From Tubulanus polymorphus (lineage: Eukaryota; Animalia; Nemertea), in contig NC_134027.1 of NCBI RefSeq assembly GCF_964204645.1, positions 682,001 to 746,000 on the forward strand: DNA of 64,000 bases, read 5' to 3'. This document shows, one piece after another, positions 47,057-61,295 of the stretch. Below the pieces are notes generated by a model. That model was not told the DNA's origin. It saw only the letters and a list, made by a program, of their open reading frames with translations, and did not search any database. Each line of letters opens with the position of its first letter. The stretch's first letter is position 1. A program made the position numbers and the translations under genes.

Positions 47057-50000
47057 ATGCCAAAAGCAATTAGAAAAACGCGGGGCGTGGGGCCCTCAAC
47101 ATCGAGCCCCTATAATAAAGTAAGTACAAATTTACTGCTTCCATGCTTATTTATTCATCCAATACTTAGTATTTTGTACCCCTGGGTCCAGTTTCACAAA
47201 AAGGATTAACGCCTAAATCGATTTAAGATAAACTGAATTAATGAAGAAATTAAATCGATTTAAGAGTTAAACCTGTTTGTGAAACTGGGCCCTGAATTGC
47301 ATCTAGAATGAAAAATAAGAAAAAAAAATATTGAAAATAACGTTGGTGAAATATTTCTGGATCTTTCTGGATTTCTGCTCAATGCATCGTTTAGTAAAAT
47401 ATCGATATTCTCTAAAAGTAAAGATATAAGAATAAAAATATTGTATTGAATCGTGATTAGTTACTGTATGCGCTGCTAGTTGTTGCCCAACCCATAGCCT
47501 CATTTCTCTCCATTCTAAATTTGCATTGTTTAACATTGCCTGGTTGCTATGGAAACTATTTATTTAAGTTTCTTTGTGGTATCCATGGCAACAGTAACGT
47601 TTAGGTAGTGGCACCAATTATGGGTCCCAACGTTCCCATGGCGATACATGAGAACATTTATCCTATTTTTGACCTTCATGACGTAAGATGGTAGTGAGTC
47701 GATGACGTCATTTTCGTCTCACCACTAATGAAAAAAAAGGAAGAAATGGTTAGAATTACGTTTATAAAATTTTTCTGGATCGGCTAAATGTATTGTTCCA
47801 TTAAATATCGACATTCTCTAAAATCATAGGCATCAATATCAAAATGATGATACAGCAGACTCCGCTTAACTTTGTTCTATTTGGACCATTAATTAACCGA
47901 ATACCGACTTTTTAAATTTTAGGATTTTAACTTTAAGGATCAGAAAATGTGTATGCAATATCAACCGGGTACCGAGTAGGGTGGCCGAGTCTACTGTAGT
48001 CTGCTGCCCCCTCGAATCCATTACCTTATTATCTCTCAATTTGCATTGTTTGACCTCGTCTGGTTGCTATGGAAACTATTAAGTTATATCAGGAACGGTT
48101 TTTTCGTGTTAACCAGTGGCAACATTTAACAGGCGTGTCCGTCCTAGAGATAAACTGTCTGATTTCACAGCCACATCCGTCCTGGAGATAAACTGTTAGA
48201 TAAACTCTGATTTCGCGTCCGTCCTATTTCTTGTCATTGTATGAATATGTTTTCTCTTTTATAGAGAACTCAACAACAACAACAACAACAGCAACAACAA
48301 CAACAACAACAGCAGCAACAGCAACAAAAATTTGATATTTCCATGTCTGGGATTGACGTAAGTTATCGTAAACGCCTGTTTGAAGTCATCATTCTTGAGC
48401 TTGAAACCGAAATTTATATATATAGAATATTAAACCCTGCTTCTGCTACTGACAGGTAATGTCCGTCATACATTACTGCATCGTCAAATCTATACCAGGG
48501 TGCACCCAGCCTGATCGTTCGCATCATCACATGCAAAGGGCTGATTATTTTGGAACCCAGTTTTTATCAGCTGGAACATTCTGCACATTCGACCATATTG
48601 ATTGATAGCCCGTTATAGACGAGTGGAGAAAAACTGGAAAACCAGTTCAATGTTACCTCATGGTAAACATAAGGGAATTTCAATGAGTTTAACTCACATT
48701 TACAGAGTTTTAACGAGGTTAGACTGAATTAACCATTATTCCATCAATGGTGTGTTCTGTCCATCAAGGCTCCTCAGACGCACCGAGCAGTCAAATGCAG
48801 CAGTAGCGCGAGGGTCGGGTGTTCTCGTGTGGGCAGACGGTCCGAACCCCAAAACCATTTACTTACACTCTACAAATCAGATCAGGTTTTTAACATTGTC
48901 TTTGATTGTATTTTCAGTTTCTGCCGACAACGCCGACAACGCCGCCAAGCGGTACTTCTACGCCGGTAAGTGATAACTATTTTCTAATAAATCACGCTTA
49001 TTTCAATTTGTAATTTGAAAATAGAGGGCAGTAGCTGTTTTGCATAAATTATGCTAATTAGGAATAAAATCAAATTCGATTAAGTCTCATCATCGTAGAA
49101 GTCATATATTAATGATGCTATCTCGACAGTTGTCATTTAAATTAAGTGTTATATTTACTACTTAATTTGCTTCATGACCCAAAAGCCTCTACTATATAAC
49201 TACTGGTTTTGTTCTAATCTTGGAGAATTTGCTGCAAAATTAACTTATCATTCGTTAATCAGTTTTTATTGAAAACCCGAATCAGTGATACATGCATTCA
49301 TGAATATCCATCTAATATTTTGTTTTATTTTATCTTTACAGGATTTATCACCGATACAGCACGTGGACGTAAGACATTAAACATTGATCTTGAATTTTAA
49401 GTTCAAACTAATTTATTTTTTATCTCACTCGGGACTATAGTTATTGCGTTCACTTTGCGTCCAGTTGTCTCGGCTAGTTTTTGATTTATCGTGTTGATAA
49501 TTGGTTTATATACTCAAACTACTCAAACTCAAAATATTGGCACAATTGGAATTAAGATGGCGGACTTGTATGACCATTTTTTTCCCCGGCAAAATCAGCG
49601 CTTTAGGATCAATTCTGTTGTTGTTATATTACATTGAAATCAGAGTTTAATATATATCAGTATAGAGCAGGTTTTTGCTCTAGTTATAAATAAAGTTATA
49701 AATAATCTCATGACATGTTCTGTATATGTGTAGTGAGTTTCAATGTCTTTGGTTCCTTTTAAACCAGGGGGAGTTAAATTTGAAAATGTCAGATCGTCGA
49801 GCATTTCAGACCACTTCCAAAGTGGGTCCCTGCACCCCTAGTTATACCGTTAATATTTTAATAATACATTAATATTTTTATTTGATAGAATATATTGATA
49901 TACCATACATTGATATCGGTCTTGTAATTGGATCAACAACCATGAGATCAAAACACAGCAAATATGAACCTGCTGTGAATCAATAGATTTGTGATAAATG

Positions 50001-53000
50001 TAATGAAATTGTTATTTTTCATATTGACTTTTTGAGTTAAGGGTCTGTTGTATAAGAGTATTTGGTCTCGCGTGTCAATGTATGATATCAATCTGTTGTA
50101 TTTCCTCGTTCCAATGTTTAAAAGGTGTTCGTCACCTTATATTAATATCCTCCGTGTTTAAAAACCTGTGCGTATTACTTTTACCGTTAGATGGCGCCAT
50201 AAGTGTGATATTTGATATATGGGATACCCGCAAAACCAGCTATTCCACCAGATGGCGCAACGAGTAGTAGGTCGTTCGTTGTCAAAATTAGTTCATTTTC
50301 GATGAACTTTGAACTGGTTTGAAGAAGAAATACTTTCATTCTTCTACTCTGATATCGGTTTAGTTTTCATTAATAATTGATTCATTTAAGAGAACAATTC
50401 ATTCAGATTTAATTGAAATGTACAAGAAAATCGAACGCAGACGACCAACTATTTACTAGCGACACCTGGTGGATCCTCGCCTGCCATAAGTGGAATCCTC
50501 GATTGCCACAGTAAGACTGCGGGTATCCCATTGTTTGGCGTGTGATAAAGTAAAGTTAGAAAACGAATGTTTAACTTTGTTGTGAAATGAAAGCGTTTTG
50601 GAGATTTTTAAACCGATCAAATCAATATTTTGATATTACGCTTGAAACCCTTCCCACTCATATTCTGCTTACTAAGTATATATTCTAGTTTCCGTGGAAA
50701 TCATGGTGAGTGGCGCCATCTATACAGTGGAGTTAGCTTTATAAATCGAGTATGATTCGACAAGTGGCTCCATCTATTCCCTAATACTGAAGCGAGGTAA
50801 CCAGCAGCGCCCTCATATACAGGAAATGAACGCCTATCAAGTTTAACAATGCACGGTGTATTGACCACAGCGACCGGTGATAATTATATCAATGTTGATT
50901 AGCTATTGCCATAGACAGGTCCGTAGCGTTTGACTGGACCAGAACGGGGCCCCCTAACCAAAACAAATTTTGAAAACGTGCCCAGATAAATTGCCTCTGG
51001 GAGATTGATTAACGAGGTTTTGATTGAATGAACAAATTTTAATATTTGTAAGTTTAACATTTCTGTTTTTAATTTTTCTTTGTAAGGAACTGAATTTTCG
51101 AACCCCCCTGAACCGCTTCAAGCTACGTTCCTGATATAGTGCTAGCTATACCTGAATACTTTTCTCTTATTGAAATTGTCTAAAAAACCAGCACCTTGAA
51201 CTAATGAACGTCATAATGAAAATGTTTAAAAATTCAACCGTTAATGAATTTGACTAATGTATCTTTTTTATTTTCATTTCTAGCGTCAGTTTGCCTCAGA
51301 GGCTGGGTCGCCGTCGCTTAATGTAAGTATCAGTGACGCCCTCAATCTCACATGCCTCACTTCCCTCCTAATGTAACCATTTTTATGAAATTCCTCAAGA
51401 AAATATATACTGATAATCTTAGAATACACGTTTTTGTACCCAGACCCCTTCATTCTACTGAACTACCGTGTAATCAGTACCTGTTGTGTTCATTTTCTGT
51501 TGCATTGATTTATATATTATTTCTATTTATAGTTGTCAAACAACAGCAGCAGCAGCAGCGCACCCCTCCCGCCGGAGACGCCTCCCGACCTGCAAGCAAG
51601 AAGTAAGTTCAGTCTTCAAATACAATTTCAACGCATTCAATTTTTTGTATGGCGTTAAAACGGTTAAAGTTGTGACTAGTTTTCATAACTCCGTGACGTC
51701 AGGTGTGAGACAAAATACAATATCATATTTCCATCGAGTACCGGACCCTTTCCTATGTTTTTTGCCAATTTGGATTGAATGATCGCCAGCGGTTTTTCTA
51801 TACGACCCGGCTCTGCTGTATTGCATTTAGCCATCCTTTTTCTTGGCGTTTTTTATAAGAAGGTGTTTGATTTTGTCTCTAAGGGATTTAGGAATTTAAG
51901 AGACACTTGTACTCTCTATGCAGTGAGTTTGTTCTGTTTTTGTTCCCTCGTGAATTTTATTTTTGTTTGAATCAAATCAAATCAGTGCATCTTTCTTGAA
52001 TTGCGTGTATGTTATAATATTATGTAAGTTATAACGTTAAAATATCTGTTATATTTAAACCGAATATTTAATTGTTGTATTTTGAATGCGATAATGCCGC
52101 TCCCTGCTAAAGTCCAGCGTCGTCGTCGTGAGGGATGCGGTCATCTGTTCGGGCCCTGATTACGTTCTGTGTTCATCCTGTTTGGCTAGATCGGGCGTTA
52201 TATGAGTTAATCCTTCCTGGACTTGCGGATTGTGGTCGGAAGATCTATGGGTTCGGGCCGAGAAGTCCCAGAAACAGAAAGTACAGTTTCTGTCGATGTA
52301 CCGATTGATGTCTCTATTTCAGAAAGTAACAGCGGTCGCCAGCTGTACTAGCACGGTTGGTTTCCCAACTCCATTCTCTGAGGAGGATCGCTGGTTCTCT
52401 AGTGCCGGTCAGTCACCAGTCAATCAATGGTTCAGCTGGCATCCCAGGGTACTGAACATCCAGTCCGGTCCGGTCCAGGCATCACTGGGAACTGTACATC
52501 CAGTCTGGTCCGGTCCAGGCATCACCGGGTACTGAACATCTGGTCCGGTCCGGCAGCTTTGAGCACCAGTCCATTCCAGACATCACTGGGTACTGAACAT
52601 CCAGTCCGGTCCGGTCCAGGCATCACCGGGTACTGAACATCCAGTCCGGTCCGGTCCAGGCATCACTGGGAACTGTACATCCAGTCCGGTCCGGTCCAGG
52701 CATCACTGGCAACTGTACATCCAGTCCGGTCCGGTCCAGGCATCACCGGGTACTGAACATCTGGTCCGGTCCGGCAGCTTCGAGCACCAGTCCATTCCAG
52801 GCATCACCGGGTACTGAACATCCAGTCCGGTCCGGTCCAGGCATCACTGGGAACTGTACATCCAGTCCGGTCCGGTCCAGGCATCACTGGGAACTGTACA
52901 TCCAGTCCGGTCCGGTCCAGGCATCACTGGGAACTGTACATCCAGTCCGGTCCGGTCCAGGCATCACCGGGTACTGAACATCCAGTCCCGTCCGGTCCAA

Positions 53001-56000
53001 GCATCACTGGGTACTGAACATCCAGTCTGGTCCGGTCCAGGCATCACTGGGTACTGAACATCCAGTCTGGTCTGGTCCAGGCATCACTGGGAACTGTACA
53101 TCCAGTCCGGTCCGGTCCAGGCATCATCAGGTACTGAACATCCGGTCTGGTCCGGTCCAGGCATCACCGGGAACTGAACATCTGGTCCGGTCCGGTCCAG
53201 GCATCACTGGGAACTGTACATCCAGTCTGGTCCGGTCCAGGCATCATCAGGTACTGAACATCCGGTCTGGTCCGGCCAAGGCATCATCAGGTACTGAACA
53301 TCCGGTCTGGTCCGGGCGGCCTGGCATCAATGTTTCGAATTTGAAACATAGTTATTATGGCTCTAGGTTTGGTAGAGGGCGCTATTCTACCAGACGCAGG
53401 AGTAAGGTCACCTTCACTGATATCGAGGATGGATCGAGAGATTATGATTGATTCTGTAGGAACCATCATCATTCATCAGTTCACGTCGAGGGACCGTTTA
53501 GGAAGTTCATGTCTTTCACGTCGAGGGACCGTTTAGGAAGTTCACGTCTTTCACGTCTAGGGACCGTTTAGGAAGTTCACGTCTTTCACGTCGAGGGACC
53601 GTTTAGGAAGTTCACGTCTTTCACGTCGTGGGACCGTTTAGGAAGTTCACGTCTTTCACGTCGAGGGACCGTTTAGGAAGTTCACGTCTTTCACGTCGAG
53701 GGACCGTTTAGGAAGTTCATGTCTTTCACGTCGAGGGACCGTTTAGGAAGTTCATGTCTTTCACGTTGAGGGACCGTTTAGGAAGTTCACGTCTTTTACG
53801 TCGAGGGACCGTTTAGGAAGTTCATCTCTTTCACGTCGAGGGACCGTTTAGGAAGTTCACGTCTTTCACGTCGAGGGACCGTTTAGGAAGTTCATGTCTT
53901 TCACGTCGAGGGACCCTTTAGGAAGTTCATGTCTTTCACATCGAGGGACCGTTTAGGAAGTCGTCACAATAATCGGGATTTCCGTGATTTCGAAAGTAAG
54001 ATGTTATTGTCATTGTAAGCTACCGCAGTTACAGGTAAGCCTATTCTTGATTGCCCGGTTAGAAGTTCAGTTATTCGGAATTCTGACTCTGAATTTCTGA
54101 GGGGTAGCATCTGATTTCAACGAGGATCTAGTTCCTGCAGCAATAAGCTTCGGGTTGCCGCTCACAACGGAAGCTCATAACACGGTTAGCCATGCCTGCA
54201 GGGGATATGCTATTTTTTACCCCTCAGCCATAGGACGCAAGGGGTAAAAAATCACTTATGTCCGGACGGGTGGGCTGTTTGTTTTTGACATATACAGGTC
54301 ATCCAAGATGGCCGCCACAGCCATTGCAATGTGTTAAATAGCCATTTGAAGCTTGTTATCGCTCTACAGACTTAAGTTTTTCATTGATTTTCTTGTGACT
54401 TGGTTTGTTTGTTTGAGGTGTGAGATGGATGAGCCCTATTATTTTTGACATATATTGGTCATCCAAGATGGCCGCCACGGTTGTTTTAATGTGTGAAATA
54501 GCTATATTTTGGAGCTTGTTTTCCACTGTACAATTTACAGTTTTATACTGATTTTCTTATCACGTGCTATGTGGATTGAAGGCATAAGGATCGATGAACT
54601 CTACTGTGTTTGATGTGTGTAGGCCACCACAGTTATATCAGTGTCTTGAATAGCCGATTTGGAGCTTGTTACTGCTCTAAGATGTAGATGCTTAGAGGAT
54701 TATAATTTTATTCATACTTGTACTGTGGTTTATTTATGGTGGTCAGAGGATGAGCCCTATTACAATTTTGCATTCTCTACTTGACTCACTGGTCAAGGGT
54801 TAATATCTAGTTTGTTAAATGTGGAGAAACTCGTGCTAAGTCCTCGGCAGGTCCCCATGTCGGTGAATCACCACCACCCCCACCCCCCGGACTTTGATCT
54901 CAATATTTTGCGTGAATCGTCAGCAGTTTCAAGAGAATGGGCTCGATTAGGTGTGGAACAATTGGAATCCTCGATTGCCACAGTCGAACCTAGAGTATTA
55001 AGAGCTCAATTAGGTTCGTCTTTGCGTCTCTTCTCCGGTTGGAGTGCTCCAGTTTTGACCAAACGGAGGAATATTCGAGAGGTGCAGATTCAAGTCAACC
55101 ATGCGGACTCCGTGAAGTACTGGTCCAGCTCCAGCTCCGACAGCTGAAGGTTCAGCTCCGGCTCCGACAGCTAAAGGTTCAGCTCTGGCTCCGGCAGCTC
55201 AAGGTCCGGCTCCGGCAGCTCAAGGTCCAGCTCTGGCTCCGGCCGCTCAAGGTTCAGCTCCGGCTCCAGCTCCGGCCGCTCAAGGTTCAGCCTGAACTCA
55301 CACAATGCCATCTCAAGCATCTTACTTTCTCAAGCGGCTACTGGTGGTTGGAGAACAAGTGCACAGCTCCAACATTCTCATGCCCCTTCTGGTCAGAATA
55401 ATTCTAATTCATATCACTAAAAGGAGCTCTTCCTCTCGGAGAAACTCAAAATGAATGCTCGGGGCCAGTGAGAGGTTGTCTGCAGCAGGCAGCCACTGGT
55501 CCGTCGGTCCCGGGTCGTATCGCGGAGGCTACTGTCTTCAATTCTGAACACCTCTCGACATGCGCCCGAAAGCAGATCAGGAGACACTAATCTCGTCAGC
55601 TCTCAAAGATCTGGCCAAAAAGAGAGCAATAGAACCAGTACGCGACGAAGCCACATCCGGCTGGTTTTCATGAAAATTTATGCTCCTGAAAACCACAGGG
55701 CGTCGATGGACTGTCATTCCTCGAGCGGCACCTGGATATCCCGAGGCTTCCGATGACTAAAACAGGGAGGTAATTCAAGGTCTCCGTCGAGGTTAATGGG
55801 CGGCTGCATTGGACCTGAAAGATGCATATTTTCAGGTTCCTGTTCACCCGAAATCCTGTCAATTTTACAGAATAAAAGTTGAAAGGCTGCCAGTTCCAGT
55901 TCAGGTCTCTTCCAATCGGCCTCAGTACAGCCCACGCCCTGGGTATTTACCAGCTTGGGTCAAGTCCAGAAGGTACATTACAGTCCAGGGCTGGGTTTCA

Positions 56001-59000
56001 TAGATATGGAAGAAAAATAATTCCAGGGAACATTTTGAAATTTGTCAGTTATAACCATGGTTTCTCATTGTTAGTATGGTGGTTGTTACCAAGATTGAGG
56101 ATTTACCCCTAGGGATAACTTTGATACTCAGTCTATGAAACCGGGTCCTGGAGTATTTGTCTGTTGGTTTACCTCGACGACTGGTTACTAGTACCAAACT
56201 CGACTATAGAATGTCAGGAGGCGAGGACCGCTGTCGTAGACTTAGTTCACCAGTTCCGCGTAAACTAAGTAAAATCTCACTTGATGCCATCCCAACAGTT
56301 CACATCTCCGGATCAGCACGGTCTTTCCGTCCATGGCTCGAGTAGCCAAACTTCAAGAAGCGTAGTTACCACAAACGAGAGGACAGCTAGTTATCGGTGA
56401 CGCCTGTGGCTAAATGCAATACCGCAGTGCCAGGGATCGTATCTCTGGCTATCTACACATTCAGAGAATATTAACTAAAACCATAGGAAAGGGTCAAGCA
56501 CTACTCCGAAAAAAAACTAATTTTATTTCCAAAAAATTATGATATTATATGGATTGCATGCTGTGTGGAAGAAGTTTTCAAAATTATTTAGGAGCTTATT
56601 ATAATTTGAATGCATGAATTGAGAGCAATTTGAAATGTATTGATATCCGAAAGTGTCTCCATTGACTTCACTCATTCACCTGATGAAGCTTCTATACATT
56701 AGTACCCAAAGCTTGTGTGTCAAATAAACTAGTTACACGTCCTATAAAGTACTACTTGTCTCGTTATATATTCTAAACCCCAGTTAACAATTCCAGTAAG
56801 TCAGGTTTAGGGAATAGATATTTAAACCTTGAGATGAAACCGATGTGATACAATTCCAGTAAGTCAGGTTTAGGGAATAGATATTTAAACCTTGAGATGA
56901 TACCGATGTGATACAATTCCAGTAAGTCAGGTTTAGGGAATAGATATTTAAACCTTGAGATGATACCAATGTGATACAATTCCAGTAAGTCAGGTTTAGG
57001 GAATAGATATTTAAACCTTGAGATGATACCGATGTGATACAATTCCAGTAAGTCAGGTTTAGGGAATAGATATTTAAACCTTCAGATGAAACCGATGTGA
57101 TACAATTCCAGTAAGTCAAGTTTAGGGAATAGATATTTAAACCTTCAGATGATACCGATGTGATACAATTCCAGTAAGTCAGGTTTAGGGAATAGATATT
57201 TAAACCTTGAAATAAAACCGATGTGATACAATTCCAGTAAGTCAGGTTTAGGGAATAGATATTTAAACCTTCAGATGAAACCGATGTGATGCAATTCCAG
57301 TAAGTCAGGTTTAGGGAATAGATATTTAAACCTTCAGATGAAACCGATGTAATACAATTCCAGTAAGTCAGGTTTAGGGAATAGATATTTAAACCTTGAG
57401 ATTAAACCGATGTAATACAATTCCAGTAAGTCAGGTTTAGGGAATAAATATTTAAACCTTGAGATGATACCGATGTAATACAATTCCAGTAAGTCAGGTT
57501 TAGGGAATAGATATTTAAACCTTGAGATTAAACCGATGTGATACAATTCCAGTAAGTCAGGTTTAGGGAATAGATATTTAAACCTTGAGATGAAACCGAT
57601 GTGATACAATTCCAGTAAGTCAGGTTTAGGGAATAGATATTTAAACCTTGAGATGATACCGATGTGATACAATTCCAGTAAGTCAGGTTTAGGGAATAGA
57701 TATTTAAACCTTGAGATTAAACCGATGTAATACAATTCCAGTAAGTCAGGTTTAGGGAATAGATATTTAAACCTTGAGATGATACCGATGAATTTAGCAA
57801 TTTTGAATGAATTAAACCAATATGAGATTTCGATCCTAAGAATATTGGAAGCTTGTGTTTAACGTTACTAAATAGTAATATTATATAAAGCTAGAAGGAC
57901 ACGAGGGTATCCATTTTTTTGCCCGATCGCAACGATTAAATTTGCCGGTGAATTTATACGCCCGATACGAGTGGGTACCGATCTATCTATAAATCGGCCG
58001 TCACGGTGATTTCGTCGCCCGCCAACATTAAACATGTTCTATATTTACGCCGGTGTTCGGGTCACTTGTTAATTCGCTCGTCTTGTCGGCAAGCTTAAAA
58101 AGATTTAGAAAAAACTACATATTCTTCTTCCTGAATAAACTGGATTCACCTGGGTTCAGTTTCATGAGACACAGTTCAAACTGCTCTTGAATTTGAGTTT
58201 GTAATTAATGTATGTGATTATAATGAATTGTATTTTTTGTTTTACAGCACTGATATTTAGATTGAGTCGTGCGTTCCGGCGGGAGGAGTTCGTACGCTTA
58301 TTTTTACCGGAGTGTAAGTAGTTTAACTATTTTCATACAATATCATTTAGTGTGACGTGTGTTACTGATCCAGGAATTTTTCCAAGAGGGGGTTCATAAA
58401 AATCCTGACTTAAATCTCTAATGATAGCCGGGGCCTATACGGCATATTGTTTGGCCAAACATAAGATCATATGGTACCGGTTTTTTGGCTTGTCTCGAGT
58501 AAGCATTTACATTCCTTCAAGAAAACGAATTTTTAAAATTTTTGGTAGCTGATCAGCGGAGTCACGACCCCTGAAACCCTCCCTGGATCCGCGCCTGTGA
58601 TATCTCCTCAAAATCTAATAAAAACATTCAACAAATTAATGCTATAATGACGATATGTAGCCTGTTATATCTGTCTATTTGAATGCATTTGCATAAAGAA
58701 ATAGTTGCGGAATTATCAACTGCAAATAACAGTGTAACCCTAGTGGGTCTTAAGAGACGGCCAGAGCCTTTTTATAGGTTGTTATGGCTCACAACCTGAC
58801 TGAGTTAGCTGTACGGACCTGTCAGATTAGTTACTTCTAGAAGTTATGTTAGTCACATTTTCTGACTATATTCTGGAAAACAGTGGAAGCTTGTATCCAC
58901 CCTAGATTAGAACCAATCAGAATAGAACCAATCAGAATAGAACCAATCAGAATAGAACCAATCAGAATAAAACCAATCAGAATAGAACCAATTAGAATAA

Positions 59001-61295
59001 AACCAATCAGAATAGAACCAATCAGAATAAAACCAATCAGAATAAAACTAATCAGAATAGAACCAATCAGAATAGAACCAATCAGAATAAAAGCAATAAA
59101 TAGTGTTTTTTCTCGAGTAGTTGCCGAAGAAGCATAAAAATTTGATTCAATTTCATTCAGATTTAAACAAACAAATCGAATTTCATTTCATTCAGCGCAA
59201 ACTTCAAATCTAATTAAAATTTTGTTCAGTATGAATAAGTTGCAAATCATTGAGAGGAAAAAATAATTAATTGTGTTACTTAAAAAAATCACAATTGTAC
59301 TGTGTTTATCAAAACAGGAGACCACAGGACCTTTGGTCCTCTAGTATTCTTTTCCTAGTTATTCCAAAAACACTAAAACAGTCCAATCAGCGATCGCTGC
59401 CAGACCAACACGATTACATTGAAATCAAACTTAAGTAACATCAGGCGCCCCCTGTTGGAATAATATTCATAGCCGTAGCATCGAAACCATTCGACTTGTT
59501 GTTTAATGTATTTCTCTCTATTTTTATTTTACAGTTCTGCAAGTTTTAGAAGACTGCCCCTTTGAGGATTTGGTGGGGGAATTCAAAAGAAACTTGGTTC
59601 CCGATAGGATATTACCACCACCGGTTAATCCTATGTCGCCCGCTGCTGCCCCTCCCCCACGTCCATTAAATTCGCCTCAGCAGCGGCCTGTCAGACAGCC
59701 GCCCCCGGCCGCCACTCGTTCGTCAGACAGAGTCCGGGGACGGCTGTTTGAAGGAGATCTGACGGAGGTAAGAATCTTTATTTGTTTTCATATTTTATTC
59801 AGGATATCAGTTGAAGTTCAGCAAATAAATTACCAGACCTGTAAACAGAAGAGTAGTTATAAATTTCCATTTGCGGGTAAAACCCCATAGTCGAAAACCT
59901 TCGGTTATTGATCTATATCTGCTTAAGACCAATGGTTGTACACACGAGTGCGAAAACTTATCGCTCAAACTTTGATTGTATCCATGGTAACGCGTACAGT
60001 ATACTATGCGTGACTTACCGTTTCCTATCACTGGAATACAATACTGTTTTAGACCATGAGCGCCATCTGCGGCGGTCATAACGGACTGAGTGGTGATTGG
60101 CTGAAATGCTCGTCTACCGTGATGACGATTATTCGGTGTTACACGTGCAGCAGACACGTCTCTGAATATCTAAGATTTGATTGTTGTAACTCATCGGGAA
60201 AAATATGTTTATGAGTCGATTTTTTGTCGAAATTTTGTTTGGCAGAAAATTGGCTGCGTACGTCAAGAAGGCGGCTGATATTTGTATCGTGTGACCCCTC
60301 GTCCCGGTAATATGCCGACCCACGTACACCTGAGACCAGTTGCATAGTCAGAGCTTAGAATTAAGACCGTTTTAAGACCAACTTAGTTCTATAGCCAATC
60401 TAATAACTTAAGACCAGTCTTTAGATTTAAGACCACTTTTGGACTTAAGTCTTGACCATGGAATCGGCCCCAGATGCTTATTCCGCTGTATTGGATGCTG
60501 ACGTGCTCGTGTCTTCCAGCAATGTTGTTATTCACCAAAAATATCATGTTTTGTTCGAATAACACAATTCATCTGAGTCTGGGTTTAACGGATGACACGT
60601 TCAAACAGAACTACGAAATCAATATCAGAAGTCCTTTTATATTGAAACGGTCCCAGAAGTCCCTGTTATAATGGGTACTTTTTCAAAAAAAGTAACGAGA
60701 ACTCCGATGGCTTTCCGTATCGGTAAAAACTAACTATTTCTATGAGCGTCACTCGTAGATTTACCGAAACGCCACCTTGTGGCACGATATCCTAACTACG
60801 TATAGGTGTTTTATTTGCTGAATCGCTGGTTTCTCATTCTGATTTTTTATGTAGTGTTTAATTTTATACTAAACAAATTTTTCACTTTTTCTTTCTTTAC
60901 AGACACGACCACCGCCTAAAAAAACTAGAACAAAAAGGAAAAGAAAAGTTGCGGTCGTCGTGGCTCCGCAGGGAGGAGGAGCAAGAGTGGTCCCGGCGGA
61001 TGGTGCGGCTGACGAAGGTAATCGGGAGGAAGGGGAGGGGATAAATAGGAAGCGGCCGAGGAGGGATGGTGGTGGGGCTGGGGATGGTGCGGGTCCTGCT
61101 CCTCCTGCTCCTCCATCCGTATCTCGGGCGGTCACTCGTTCACTCGCCAAAAAGCTGGCGAGTGAACGAGTGGCCCGAGAGGTAGAGGTGGTGGCCCGAC
61201 ATACGGATGGAATGTGGGAGGAGCGGCTTCGTTCGGGGACAATTCCGGATTTGTTAACTGATTTAAAAAATATTCTTTCAGTGAAGGGATATTAG
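47057..61295 (+). CDS. Spliced orphan gene, copy B (9 coding exons, 343 aa)
   Basis: Exons 47057-47119, 48265-48357, 48918-48965, 49342-49368, 51284-51322, 51533-51602, 58248-58313, 59535-59767, 60903-61295. Same splice sites as copy A. Exon 1 reads MPKAIRKTRGVGPSTSSPYNK, and exon 3 has an in-frame 9-nt duplication (FLPTTPTTPPSGTSTP). Confidence 0.8.
52094..56436 (+). mobile_element. Decayed DIRS-like retrotransposon, copy B
   Basis: Duplicate of 5358-9700 (offset 46736) with the same RT motifs (LDLKDAYFQVPVHP at 55809). Confidence 0.75.
58908..59094. repeat. 15-bp CCAAT-containing satellite, copy B (about 12 copies)
   Basis: Same unit; 645 bp (43 units) shorter than copy A. Confidence 0.97.
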